Shown: positions 12,201 through 24,900 of the stretch, in pieces
Layout of the letters: every line of letters begins with the position of its first letter
Position numbering within the stretch: position 1 is the first letter of the stretch
DNA from: Eledone cirrhosa
Taxonomy: Eukaryota
NCBI GenBank assembly: GCA_964016885.1
Contig: OZ024741.1
Span: 28,768,001-28,832,000 of the forward strand
DNA length: 64,000 nucleotides
Reading direction: 5' to 3'
Made by a program: the position numbers and the translations under genes
Notes under the pieces: generated by a model
Seen by the model: only the letters and a program-made list of their open reading frames with translations
The model's database searches: none
Told to the model about the DNA's origin: nothing

Positions 12201-14756
12201 GTGGTGCAGTTATAACAGTGGCACACATTGTCTCAGAGTGTGTGGAGAAGATGTATCTCCTCTGTGTCTATTGTGTGGTGGTGCAGTTATAACAGTGGTA
12301 CACATTGTCTCAGAGTGTCTGGAGAAGATGTATCTCCCCCGTGTCTATTGTGTGGAGGTGCAGTTATAACAGTGGAATACATTGTCTCAGAGTGTCTGGA
12401 GAAGATGTATCTCCTCTGTGTCTATTGTGTGGTGGTGGAGTTATAACAGTGGCACACATTGTCTCAGAGTGTCTGGAGAAGATGTATCTCCCCCGTGTCT
12501 ATTGTGTGGAGGTGCAGTTATAACAGTGGCATACATTGTCTCAGAGTGTCTGGAGAAGATGTATCTCCTCTGTGTCTATTGTGTGGTGATGCAGTTATAA
12601 CAGTGTCACACATTGTCTCAGAGTGTCTGGAGAAGATGTATCTCCCCCGTGTCTATTGTGTGGAGGTGCAGTTATAACAGTGGCATACATTGTCTCAGAG
12701 TGTCTGGAGAAGATGTATCTCCTCTGTGTCTATTGTGTGGTGGTGCAGTTATAACAGTGGCACACATTGTCTCAGAGTGTCTGGAGAAGATGTATCTCCC
12801 CCGTGTCTATTGTGTGGTGGTGCAGTTATAACAGTGGCATACATTGTCTCAGAGTGTCTGGAGAAGATGTATCTCCCCCGTGTCTATTGTGTGGTGGTGC
12901 AGTTATAACAGTGGCACACATTGTCTCAGAGTGTGTGGAGAAGATGTATCTCCTCTGTGTCTATTGTGTGGTGATGCAGTTATAACAGTGGCACACATTG
13001 TCTCAGAGTGTTTGGAGAAGATGTATCTCCTCTGTGTCTATTGTGTGGTGGTGCAGTTATAACAGTGGTACACATTGTCTCAGAGTGTCTGGAGAAGATG
13101 TATCTCCTCTGTGTCTATTGTGTGGTGGTGCAGTTATAACAGTGGCACACATTGTCTCAGAGTGTGTGGAGAAGATGTATCTCCTCTGTGTCTATTGTGT
13201 GGTGGTGCAGTTATAACAGTGGCACACATTGTCTCAGAGTGTCTGGAGAAGATGTATCTCCTCTGTGTCTATTGTGTGGTGATGCAGTTATAACAGTGGC
13301 ACACATTGTCTCAGAGTGTGTGGAGAAGATGTATCTCCTCTGTGTCTATTGTGTGGTGGTGCAGTTATAACAGTGGTACACATTGTCTCAGAGTGTCTGG
13401 AGAAGATGTATCTCCCCCGTGTCTATTGTGTGGAGGTGCAGTTATAACAGTGGAATACATTGTCTCAGAGTGTCTGGAGAAGATGTATCTCCTCTGTGTC
13501 TATTGTGTGGTGGTGGAGTTATAACAGTGGCACACATTGTCTCAGAGTGTCTGGAGAAGATGTATCTCCCCCGTGTCTATTGTGTGGAGGTGCAGTTATA
13601 ACAGTGGCATACATTGTCTCAGAGTGTCTGGAGAAGATGTATCTCCTCTGTGTCTATTGTGTGGTGATGCAGTTATAACAGTGTCACACATTGTCTCAGA
13701 GTGTCTGGAGAAGATGTATCTCCCCCGTGTCTATTGTGTGGAGGTGCAGTTATAACAGTGGCATACATTGTCTCAGAGTGTCTGGAGAAGATGTATCTCC
13801 TCTGTGTCTATTGTGTGGTGGTGCAGTTATAACAGTGGCACACATTGTCTCAGAGTGTCTGGAGAAGATGTATCTCCCCCGTGTCTATTGTGTGGTGGTG
13901 CAGTTATAACAGTGGCATACATTGTCTCAGAGTGTCTGGAGAAGATGTATCTCCCCCGTGTCTATTGTGTGGTGGTGCAGTTATAACAGTGGCACACATT
14001 GTCTCAGCGTGTCTGGGGAAGTTGTATCTCCTCTGTGTCTATTGTGTGCTGGTGAAGTTATAACAGTGGCACACATTGTCTCAGAATGTCTGGAGAAGAT
14101 GTATCTCCTCTGTGTCTATTGTGTGGTGGTGCAGTAATAACAGTGGCACACTATGTCTCAGAGTGTCTGGAGAAGATGTATCTCCCCCGTGTCTATTGTG
14201 TGGTGGTGCAGTTATAACAGTGGCACACATTGTCTCAGAGTGTCTGGAGAAGATGTATCTCCTCTGTGTCTATTGTGTAGTGATGCAGTTATAACAGTGG
14301 TACACATTGTCTCAGAGTGTCTGGAGAAGATGTTTCTCCTCTGTGTCTATTGTGTGGTGGTGCAGTTATAACAGTGGCACACATTGTCTCAGAGTGTCTG
14401 GAGAAGATGTATCTCCTCTGTGTCTATTGTGTTGTGGTGCAGTTATAACGGTGGCACACATTGTCTCAGAGTGTCTGAAAAAGATGTATCTCCCCTGTGT
14501 CTATTGTGTAGTGGTGCAGTTATAACAGTGGTACACATTGTCTCAGAGTGTCTGGAGAAGATGTATCTCCTCTGTGTCTATTGTGTGGTGGTGCAGTTAT
14601 AACAGTGGCGGACATTGTCTCAGAGTGTCTGAAAAAGATGTATCTCCCCTGTGTCTATTGTGTAGTGGTGCAGTTATAACAGTGGAACACATTGTCTCAG
14701 AGTGTCTGGAGAAGATGTATCTCCTCTGTGTCTATTGTGTGGTGGTGCAGTTATAA
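9223..14756 (+). repeat. Duplicated ~24-monomer block, about 9223-11060 and 12919-14756 (offset 3696 bp = 48 monomers)
   Basis: ORF pairs 9302/12998, 10226/13922 and 10842/14538 all differ by 3696. Shared CTCAGCGTGTCTGGGG and TGTTGTGG..AACGG monomers occur in the same order. Confidence 0.85.
11533..12918 (+). repeat. Tandem duplication of a 9-monomer unit (693 bp x2)
   Basis: ORF pairs 11535/12228, 11689/12382 and 11920/12613 differ by 693 and have identical translations. Confidence 0.85.
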
Positions 14757-17700
14757 CAGTGGAACACATTGTCTCAGAGTGTCTGGAGAAGATGTATCTC
14801 CTCTGTGTCTATTGTGTGGAGGTGCAGTTATAACAGTGGCATACATTGTCTCAGAGTGTCTGGAGAAGATGTATCTCCTCTGTGTCTATTGTGTGGTGGT
14901 GCAGTTATAACAGTGGCACACATTGTCTCAGAGTGTCTGGAGAAAATGTATCTCCTCTGAGTCTATTGTGTGGTGGTGCAGTTATAACAGTGGCACACAT
15001 TGTCTCAGAGTGTCTGGAGAAGATGTATCTCCTCTGTGTCTATTGTGTGGTGGTGCAGTTATAACAGTGGCACACATTGTCTCAGAGTGTCTGGAGAAGA
15101 TGTATCTCCTCTGTGTCTATTGTGTGGTGATGCAGTTATAACAGTGGCACACATTGTCTCAGAGTGTCTGGAGACGATGTATCTCCTCTGTGTCTATTGT
15201 GTGGTGGTGCAGTTATAACAGTGGCACACATTGTCTCAGTGTCTGGAGAAGATGTATCTCCTCTGTGTCTATTGTGTAGTGGTGCAGTTATAACAGTGGC
15301 ACACATTGTCTCAGAGTGTCTGGAGAAGATGTATCTCCTCTGTGTCTATTGTGTAGTGGTGCAGTTATAACAGTGGCATACATTGTCTCAGAGTGTCTGG
15401 AGAGGACGTTTCTCCTCTGTGTCTATTGTGTGGTGGTGCAGTTATAACAGTGGTACACATTGTCTCAGAGTGTCTGGAGAAGATGTATCTCCTCTGTGTC
15501 TATTGTGTGGTGGTGCAGTTATAACAGTGGAACACATTGTCTCAGAGTGTCTGGAGAAGATGTATCTCCTCTGTGTCTATTGTGTGGTGGTGCAGTTATA
15601 ACAGTGGCACACATTGTCTCAGAGTGTCTGGAGAAGATGTATCTCCTCTGTGTCTATTGAGTGGTGGTGCAGTTATAACAGTGGCACACATTGTCTCAGA
15701 GTGTGTGGAGAAGATGTACCTCCTCTGTTTCTATTGTGTGGTGGTGCAGTTATAACAGTGGCACACATTGTCTCAGAGTGTGTGGAGAAGATGTATCTCC
15801 TCTGTGTCTATTGTGTGGTGGTGCAGTTATAACAGTGGCATACATTGTCTCAGAGTGTCTGGAGAAGATGTATCTCCTCTGTGTCTATTGTGTGGTGGTG
15901 CAGTTATAACAGTGGAACACATTGTCTCAGAGTGTCTGGAGAAGACGTATCTCCTCTGTGTCTATTGTGTGGTGGTGCAGTTATAACAGTGGAACACATT
16001 GTCTCAGAGTGTCTGGAGAAGATGTATCTCCTCTGTGTCTATTGTGTGGAGGTGCAGTTATAACAGTGGCATACATTGTCTCAGAGTGTCTGGAGAAGAT
16101 GTATCTCCTCTGTGTCTATTGTGTGGTGGTGCAGTTATAACAGTGGCACACATTGTCTCAGAGTGTGTGGAGAAGATGTATCTCCTCTGTGTCTATTGTG
16201 TGGTGATGCAGTTATAACAGTGGCACACATTGTCTCAGAGTGTGTGGAGAAGATGTATCTCCTCTGTGTCTATTGTGTGGTGGTGCAGTTATAACAGTGG
16301 TACACATTGTCTCAGAGTGTCTGGAGAAGATGTATCTCCCCCGTGTCTATTGTGTGGAGGTGCAGTTATAACAGTGGAATACATTGTCTCAGAGTGTCTG
16401 GAGAAGATGTATCTCCTCTGTGTCTATTGTGTGGTGGTGGAGTTATAACAGTGGCACACATTGTCTCAGAGTGTCTGGAGAAGATGTATCTCCCCCGTGT
16501 CTATTGTGTGGAGGTGCAGTTATAACAGTGGCATACATTGTCTCAGAGTGTCTGGAGAAGATGTATCTCCTCTGTGTCTATTGTGTGGTGATGCAGTTAT
16601 AACAGTGTCACACATTGTCTCAGAGTGTCTGGAGAAGATGTATCTCCCCCGTGTCTATTGTGTGGAGGTGCAGTTATAACAGTGGCATACATTGTCTCAG
16701 AGTGTCTGGAGAAGATGTATCTCCTCTGTGTCTATTGTGTGGTGGTGCAGTTATAACAGTGGCACACATTGTCTCAGAGTGTCTGGAGAAGATGTATCTC
16801 CCCCGTGTCTATTGTGTGGTGGTGCAGTTATAACAGTGGCATACATTGTCTCAGAGTGTCTGGAGAAGATGTATCTCCCCCGTGTCTATTGTGTGGTGGT
16901 GCAGTTATAACAGTGGCATACATTGTCTCAGAGTGTCTGGAGAAGATGTATCTCCTCTGTGTCTATTGTGTGGTGGTGCAGTTATAACAGTGTCACACGT
17001 TGTCTCAGAGTGTCTGGAGAAGATGTATCTCCTCTGTGTCTATTGTGTGGTGGTGCAGTTATAACAGTGGCACACATTGGCTCAGAGTGTCTGGAGAAGT
17101 TGTATCTCCTCTGTGTCTATTGTGTGGTGGTGCAGTTATAACAGTGGCACACATTGTCTCAGAGTGTGTGGAGAAGATGTATCTCCTCTGTGTCTATTGT
17201 GTGGTGATGCAGTTATAACAGTGGCACACATTGTCTCAGAGTGTTTGGAGAAGATGTATCTCCTCTGTGTCTATTGTGTGGTGGTGCAGTTATAACAGTG
17301 GTACACATTGTCTCAGAGTGTCTGGAGAAGATGTATCTCCTCTGTGTCTATTGTGTGGTGGTGCAGTTATAACAGTGGCACACATTGTCTCAGAGTGTGT
17401 GGAGAAGATGTATCTCCTCTGTGTCTATTGTGTGGTGGTGCAGTTATAACAGTGGCACACATTGTCTCAGAGTGTCTGGAGAAGATGTATCTCCTCTGTG
17501 TCTATTGTGTGGTGATGCAGTTATAACAGTGGCACACATTGTCTCAGAGTGTGTGGAGAAGATGTATCTCCTCTGTGTCTATTGTGTGGTGGTGCAGTTA
17601 TAACAGTGGTACACATTGTCTCAGAGTGTCTGGAGAAGATGTATCTCCCCCGTGTCTATTGTGTGGAGGTGCAGTTATAACAGTGGAATACATTGTCTCA

Positions 17701-18993
17701 GAGTGTCTGGAGAAGATGTATCTCCTCTGTGTCTATTGTGTGGTGTAGGAGTTATAACAGTGGCACACATTGTCTCAGAGTGTCTGGAGAAGATGTATCT
17801 CCCCCGTGTCTATTGTGTGGAGGTGCAGTTATAACAGTGGCATACATTGTCTCAGAGTGTCTGGAGAAGATGTATCTCCTCTGTGTCTATTGTGTGGTGA
17901 TGCAGTTATAACAGTGTCACACATTGTCTCAGAGTGTCTGGAGAAGATGTATCTCCCCCGTGTCTATTGTGTGGAGGTGCAGTTATAACAGTGGCATACA
18001 TTGTCTCAGAGTGTCTGGAGAAGATGTATCTCCTCTGTGTCTATTGTGTGGTGGTGCAGTTATAACAGTGGCACACATTGTCTCAGAGTGTCTGGAGAAG
18101 ATGTATCTCCCCCGTGTCTATTGTGTGGTGGTGCAGTTATAACAGTGGCATACATTGTCTCAGAGTGTCTGGAGAAGATGTATCTCCCCCGTGTCTATTG
18201 TGTGGTGGTGCAGTTATAACAGTGGCACACATTGTCTCAGCGTGTCTGGGGAAGTTGTATCTCCTCTGTGTCTATTGTGTGCTGGTGAAGTTATAACAGT
18301 GGCACACATTGTCTCAGAGTGTCTGGAGAAGATGTATCTCCTCTGTGTCTATTGTGTGGTGGTGCAGTAATAACAGTGGCACACTATGTCTCAGAGTGTC
18401 TGGAGAAGATGTATCTCCCCCGTGTCTATTGTGTGGTGGTGCAGTTATAACAGTGGCACACATTGTCTCAGAGTGTCTGGAGAAGATGTATCTCCTCTGT
18501 GTCTATTGTGTAGTGATGCAGTTATAACAGTGGTACACATTGTCTCAGAGTGTCTGGAGAAGATGTTTCTCCTCTGTGTCTATTGTGTGGTGGTGCAGTT
18601 ATAACAGTGGTACACATTGTCTCAGTGTCTGGAGAAGATGTATCTCCTCTGTGTCTATTGTGTTGTGGTGCAGTTATAACGGTGGCACACATTGTCTCAG
18701 AGTGTCTGGAGAAGATGTTTCTCCTCTGTGTCTATTGTGTGGTGGTGCAGTTATAACAGTGGTACACATTGTCTCAGTGTCTGGAGAAGATGTTTCTCCT
18801 CTGTGTCTATTGTGTGGTGGTGCAGTTATAACAGTGGTACACATTGTCTCAGAGTGTCTGGAGAAGATGTTTCTCCTCTGTGTCTATTGTGTGGTGGTGC
18901 AGTTATAACAGTGGTACACATTGTCTCAGTGTCTGGAGAAGATGTATCTCCTCTGTGTCTATTGTGTGGTGGTGCAGTTATAACAGTGGCACA

Positions 18994-21900
18994 CATTGTC
19001 TCAGAGTGTCTGGAGAAGATGTATCTCCTCTGTGTCTATTGTGTTGTGGTGCAGTTATAACGGTGGCACACATTGTCTCAGAGTGTCTGAAAAAGATGTA
19101 TCTCCCCTGTGTCTATTGTGTAGTGGTGCAGTTATAACAGTGGTACACATTGTCTCAGAGTGTCTGGAGAAGATGTATCTCCTCTGTGTCTATTGTGTGG
19201 TGGTGCAGTTATAACAGTGGCGGACATTGTCTCAGAGTGTCTGAAAAAGATGTATCTCCCCTGTGTCTATTGTGTAGTGGTGCAGTTATAACAGTGGAAC
19301 ACATTGTCTCAGAGTGTCTGGAGAAGATGTATCTCCTCTGTGTCTATTGTGTGGTGGTGCAGTTATAACAGTGGAACACATTGTCTCAGAGTGTCTGGAG
19401 AAGATGTATCTCCTCTGTGTCTATTGTGTGGAGGTGCAGTTATAACAGTGGCATACATTGTCTCAGAGTGTCTGGAGAAGATGTATCTCCTCTGTGTCTA
19501 TTGTGTGGTGGTGCAGTTATAACAGTGGCACACATTGTCTCAGAGTGTCTGGAGAAAATGTATCTCCTCTGAGTCTATTGTGTGGTGGTGCAGTTATAAC
19601 AGTGGCACACATTGTCTCAGAGTGTCTGGAGAAGATGTATCTCCTCTGTGTCTATTGTGTGGTGGTGCAGTTATAACAGTGGCACACATTGTCTCAGAGT
19701 GTCTGGAGAAGATGTATCTCCCCCGTGTCTATTGTGTGGAGGTGCAGTTATAACAGTGGCATACATTGTCTCAGAGTGTCTGGAGAAGATGTATCTCCTC
19801 TGTGTCTATTGTGTGGGGATGCAGTTATAACAGTGGCACACATTGGCTCAGAGTGTCTGGAGAAGTTGTATCTCCTCTGTGTCTATTGTGTGGTGGTGCA
19901 GTTATAACAGTGGCACACATTGTCTCAGAGTGTGTGGAGAAGATGTATCTCCTCTGTGTCTATTGTGTGGTGATGCAGTTATAACAGTGTCACACGTTGT
20001 CTCAGAGTGTCTGGAGAAGATGTATCTCCTCTGTGTCTATTGTGTGGTGGTGCAGTTATAACAGTGGCACACATTGTCTCAGAGTGTGTGGAGAAGATGT
20101 ATCTCCTCTGTGTCTATTGTGTGGTGGTGCAGTTATAACAGTGTCACACGTTGTCTCAGAGTGTCTGGAGAAGATGTATCTCCTCTGTGTCTATTGTGTG
20201 GTGGTGCAGTTATAACAGTGGCACACATTGGCTCAGAGTGTCTGGAGAAGTTGTATCTCCTCTGTGTCTATTGTGTGGTGGTGCAGTTATAACAGTGGCA
20301 CACATTGTCTCAGAGTGTGTGGAGAAGATGTATCTCCTCTGTGTCTATTGTGTGGTGATGCAGTTATAACAGTGGCACACATTGTCTCAGAGTGTTTGGA
20401 GAAGATGTATCTCCTCTGTGTCTATTGTGTGGTGGTGCAGTTATAACAGTGGTACACATTGTCTCAGAGTGTCTGGAGAAGATGTATCTCCTCTGTGTCT
20501 ATTGTGTGGTGGTGCAGTTATAACAGTGGCACACATTGTCTCAGAGTGTGTGGAGAAGATGTATCTCCTCTGTGTCTATTGTGTGGTGGTGCAGTTATAA
20601 CAGTGGCACACATTGTCTCAGAGTGTCTGGAGAAGATGTATCTCCTCTGTGTCTATTGTGTGGTGATGCAGTTATAACAGTGGCACACATTGTCTCAGAG
20701 TGTGTGGAGAAGATGTATCTCCTCTGTGTCTATTGTGTGGTGGTGCAGTTATAACAGTGGTACACATTGTCTCAGAGTGTCTGGAGAAGATGTATCTCCC
20801 CCGTGTCTATTGTGTGGAGGTGCAGTTATAACAGTGGAATACATTGTCTCAGAGTGTCTGGAGAAGATGTATCTCCTCTGTGTCTATTGTGTGGTGTAGG
20901 AGTTATAACAGTGGCACACATTGTCTCAGAGTGTCTGGAGAAGATGTATCTCCCCCGTGTCTATTGTGTGGAGGTGCAGTTATAACAGTGGCATACATTG
21001 TCTCAGAGTGTCTGGAGAAGATGTATCTCCTCTGTGTCTATTGTGTGGTGATGCAGTTATAACAGTGTCACACATTGTCTCAGAGTGTCTGGAGAAGATG
21101 TATCTCTTCTGTGTCTATTGTGTTGTGGTGCAGTTATAACGGTGGCACACATTGTCTCAGAGTGTCTGAAAAAGATGTATCTCCCCTGTGTCTATTGTGT
21201 AGTGGTGCAGTTATAACAGTGGTACACATTGTCTCAGAGTGTCTGGAGAAGATGTATCTCCTCTGTGTCTATTGTGTGGTGGTGCAGTTATAACAGTGGC
21301 GGACATTGTCTCAGAGTGTCTGAAAAAGATGTATCTCCCCTGTGTCTATTGTGTAGTGGTGCAGTTATAACAGTGGAACACATTGTCTCAGAGTGTCTGG
21401 AGAAGATGTATCTCCTCTGTGTCTATTGTGTGGTGGTGCAGTTATAACAGTGGAACACATTGTCTCAGAGTGTCTGGAGAAGATGTATCTCCTCTGTGTC
21501 TATTGTGTGGAGGTGCAGTTATAACAGTGGCATACATTGTCTCAGAGTGTCTGGAGAAGATGTATCTCCTCTGTGTCTATTGTGTGGTGGTGCAGTTATA
21601 ACAGTGGCACACATTGTCTCAGAGTGTCTGGAGAAAATGTATCTCCTCTGAGTCTATTGTGTGGTGGTGCAGTTATAACAGTGGCACACATTGTCTCAGA
21701 GTGTCTGGAGAAGATGTATCTCCTCTGTGTCTATTGTGTGGTGGTGCAGTTATAACAGTGGCACACATTGTCTCAGAGTGTCTGGAGAAGATGTATCTCC
21801 CCCGTGTCTATTGTGTGGAGGTGCAGTTATAACAGTGGCATACATTGTCTCAGAGTGTCTGGAGAAGATGTATCTCCTCTGTGTCTATTGTGTGGGGATG

Positions 21901-24900
21901 CAGTTATAACAGTGGCACACATTGGCTCAGAGTGTCTGGAGAAGTTGTATCTCCTCTGTGTCTATTGTGTGGTGGTGCAGTTATAACAGTGGCACACATT
22001 GTCTCAGAGTGTGTGGAGAAGATGTATCTCCTCTGTGTCTATTGTGTGGTGATGCAGTTATAACAGTGTCACACGTTGTCTCAGAGTGTCTGGAGAAGAT
22101 GTATCTCCTCTGTGTCTATTGTGTGGTGGTGCAGTTATAACAGTGGCACACATTGTCTCAGAGTGTGTGGAGAAGATGTATCTCCTCTGTGTCTATTGTG
22201 TGGTGGTGCAGTTATAACAGTGTCACACGTTGTCTCAGAGTGTCTGGAGAAGATGTATCTCCTCTGTGTCTATTGTGTGGTGGTGCAGTTATAACAGTGG
22301 CACACATTGGCTCAGAGTGTCTGGAGAAGTTGTATCTCCTCTGTGTCTATTGTGTGGTGGTGCAGTTATAACAGTGGCACACATTGTCTCAGAGTGTGTG
22401 GAGAAGATGTATCTCCTCTGTGTCTATTGTGTGGTGATGCAGTTATAACAGTGGCACACATTGTCTCAGAGTGTTTGGAGAAGATGTATCTCCTCTGTGT
22501 CTATTGTGTGGTGGTGCAGTTATAACAGTGGTACACATTGTCTCAGAGTGTCTGGAGAAGATGTATCTCCTCTGTGTCTATTGTGTGGTGGTGCAGTTAT
22601 AACAGTGGCACACATTGTCTCAGAGTGTGTGGAGAAGATGTATCTCCTCTGTGTCTATTGTGTGGTGGTGCAGTTATAACAGTGGCACACATTGTCTCAG
22701 AGTGTCTGGAGAAGATGTATCTCCTCTGTGTCTATTGTGTGGTGATGCAGTTATAACAGTGGCACACATTGTCTCAGAGTGTGTGGAGAAGATGTATCTC
22801 CTCTGTGTCTATTGTGTGGTGGTGCAGTTATAACAGTGGTACACATTGTCTCAGAGTGTCTGGAGAAGATGTATCTCCCCCGTGTCTATTGTGTGGAGGT
22901 GCAGTTATAACAGTGGAATACATTGTCTCAGAGTGTCTGGAGAAGATGTATCTCCTCTGTGTCTATTGTGTGGTGTAGGAGTTATAACAGTGGCACACAT
23001 TGTCTCAGAGTGTCTGGAGAAGATGTATCTCCCCCGTGTCTATTGTGTGGAGGTGCAGTTATAACAGTGGCATACATTGTCTCAGAGTGTCTGGAGAAGA
23101 TGTATCTCCTCTGTGTCTATTGTGTGGTGATGCAGTTATAACAGTGTCACACATTGTCTCAGAGTGTCTGGAGAAGATGTATCTCCCCCGTGTCTATTGT
23201 GTGGAGGTGCAGTTATAACAGTGGCATACATTGTCTCAGAGTGTCTGGAGAAGATGTATCTCCTCTGTGTCTATTGTGTGGTGGTGCAGTTATAACAGTG
23301 GCACACATTGTCTCAGAGTGTCTGGAGAAGATGTATCTCCTCTGTGTCTATTGTGTTGTGGTGCAGTTATAACGGTGGCACACATTGTCTCAGAGTGTCT
23401 GAAAAAGATGTATCTCCCCTGTGTCTATTGTGTAGTGGTGCAGTTATAACAGTGGTACACATTGTCTCAGAGTGTCTGGAGAAGATGTATCTCCTCTGTG
23501 TCTATTGTGTGGTGGTGCAGTTATAACAGTGGCGGACATTGTCTCAGAGTGTCTGAAAAAGATGTATCTCCCCTGTGTCTATTGTGTAGTGGTGCAGTTA
23601 TAACAGTGGAACACATTGTCTCAGAGTGTCTGGAGAAGATGTATCTCCTCTGTGTCTATTGTGTGGTGGTGCAGTTATAACAGTGGAACACATTGTCTCA
23701 GAGTGTCTGGAGAAGATGTATCTCCTCTGTGTCTATTGTGTGGAGGTGCAGTTATAACAGTGGCATACATTGTCTCAGAGTGTCTGGAGAAGATGTATCT
23801 CCTCTGTGTCTATTGTGTGGTGGTGCAGTTATAACAGTGGCACACATTGTCTCAGAGTGTCTGGAGAAAATGTATCTCCTCTGAGTCTATTGTGTGGTGG
23901 TGCAGTTATAACAGTGGCACACATTGTCTCAGAGTGTCTGGAGAAGATGTATCTCCTCTGTGTCTATTGTGTGGTGGTGCAGTTATAACAGTGGCACACA
24001 TTGTCTCAGAGTGTCTGGAGAAGATGTATCTCCCCCGTGTCTATTGTGTGGAGGTGCAGTTATAACAGTGGCATACATTGTCTCAGAGTGTCTGGAGAAG
24101 ATGTATCTCCTCTGTGTCTATTGTGTGGGGATGCAGTTATAACAGTGGCACACATTGGCTCAGAGTGTCTGGAGAAGTTGTATCTCCTCTGTGTCTATTG
24201 TGTGGTGGTGCAGTTATAACAGTGGCACACATTGTCTCAGAGTGTGTGGAGAAGATGTATCTCCTCTGTGTCTATTGTGTGGTGATGCAGTTATAACAGT
24301 GTCACACGTTGTCTCAGAGTGTCTGGAGAAGATGTATCTCCTCTGTGTCTATTGTGTGGTGGTGCAGTTATAACAGTGGCACACATTGTCTCAGAGTGTG
24401 TGGAGAAGATGTATCTCCTCTGTGTCTATTGTGTGGTGGTGCAGTTATAACAGTGTCACACGTTGTCTCAGAGTGTCTGGAGAAGATGTATCTCCTCTGT
24501 GTCTATTGTGTGGTGGTGCAGTTATAACAGTGGCACACATTGGCTCAGAGTGTCTGGAGAAGTTGTATCTCCTCTGTGTCTATTGTGTGGTGGTGCAGTT
24601 ATAACAGTGGCACACATTGTCTCAGAGTGTGTGGAGAAGATGTATCTCCTCTGTGTCTATTGTGTGGTGATGCAGTTATAACAGTGGCACACATTGTCTC
24701 AGAGTGTTTGGAGAAGATGTATCTCCTCTGTGTCTATTGTGTGGTGGTGCAGTTATAACAGTGGTACACATTGTCTCAGAGTGTCTGGAGAAGATGTATC
24801 TCCTCTGTGTCTATTGTGTGGTGGTGCAGTTATAACAGTGGCACACATTGTCTCAGAGTGTGTGGAGAAGATGTATCTCCTCTGTGTCTATTGTGTGGTG

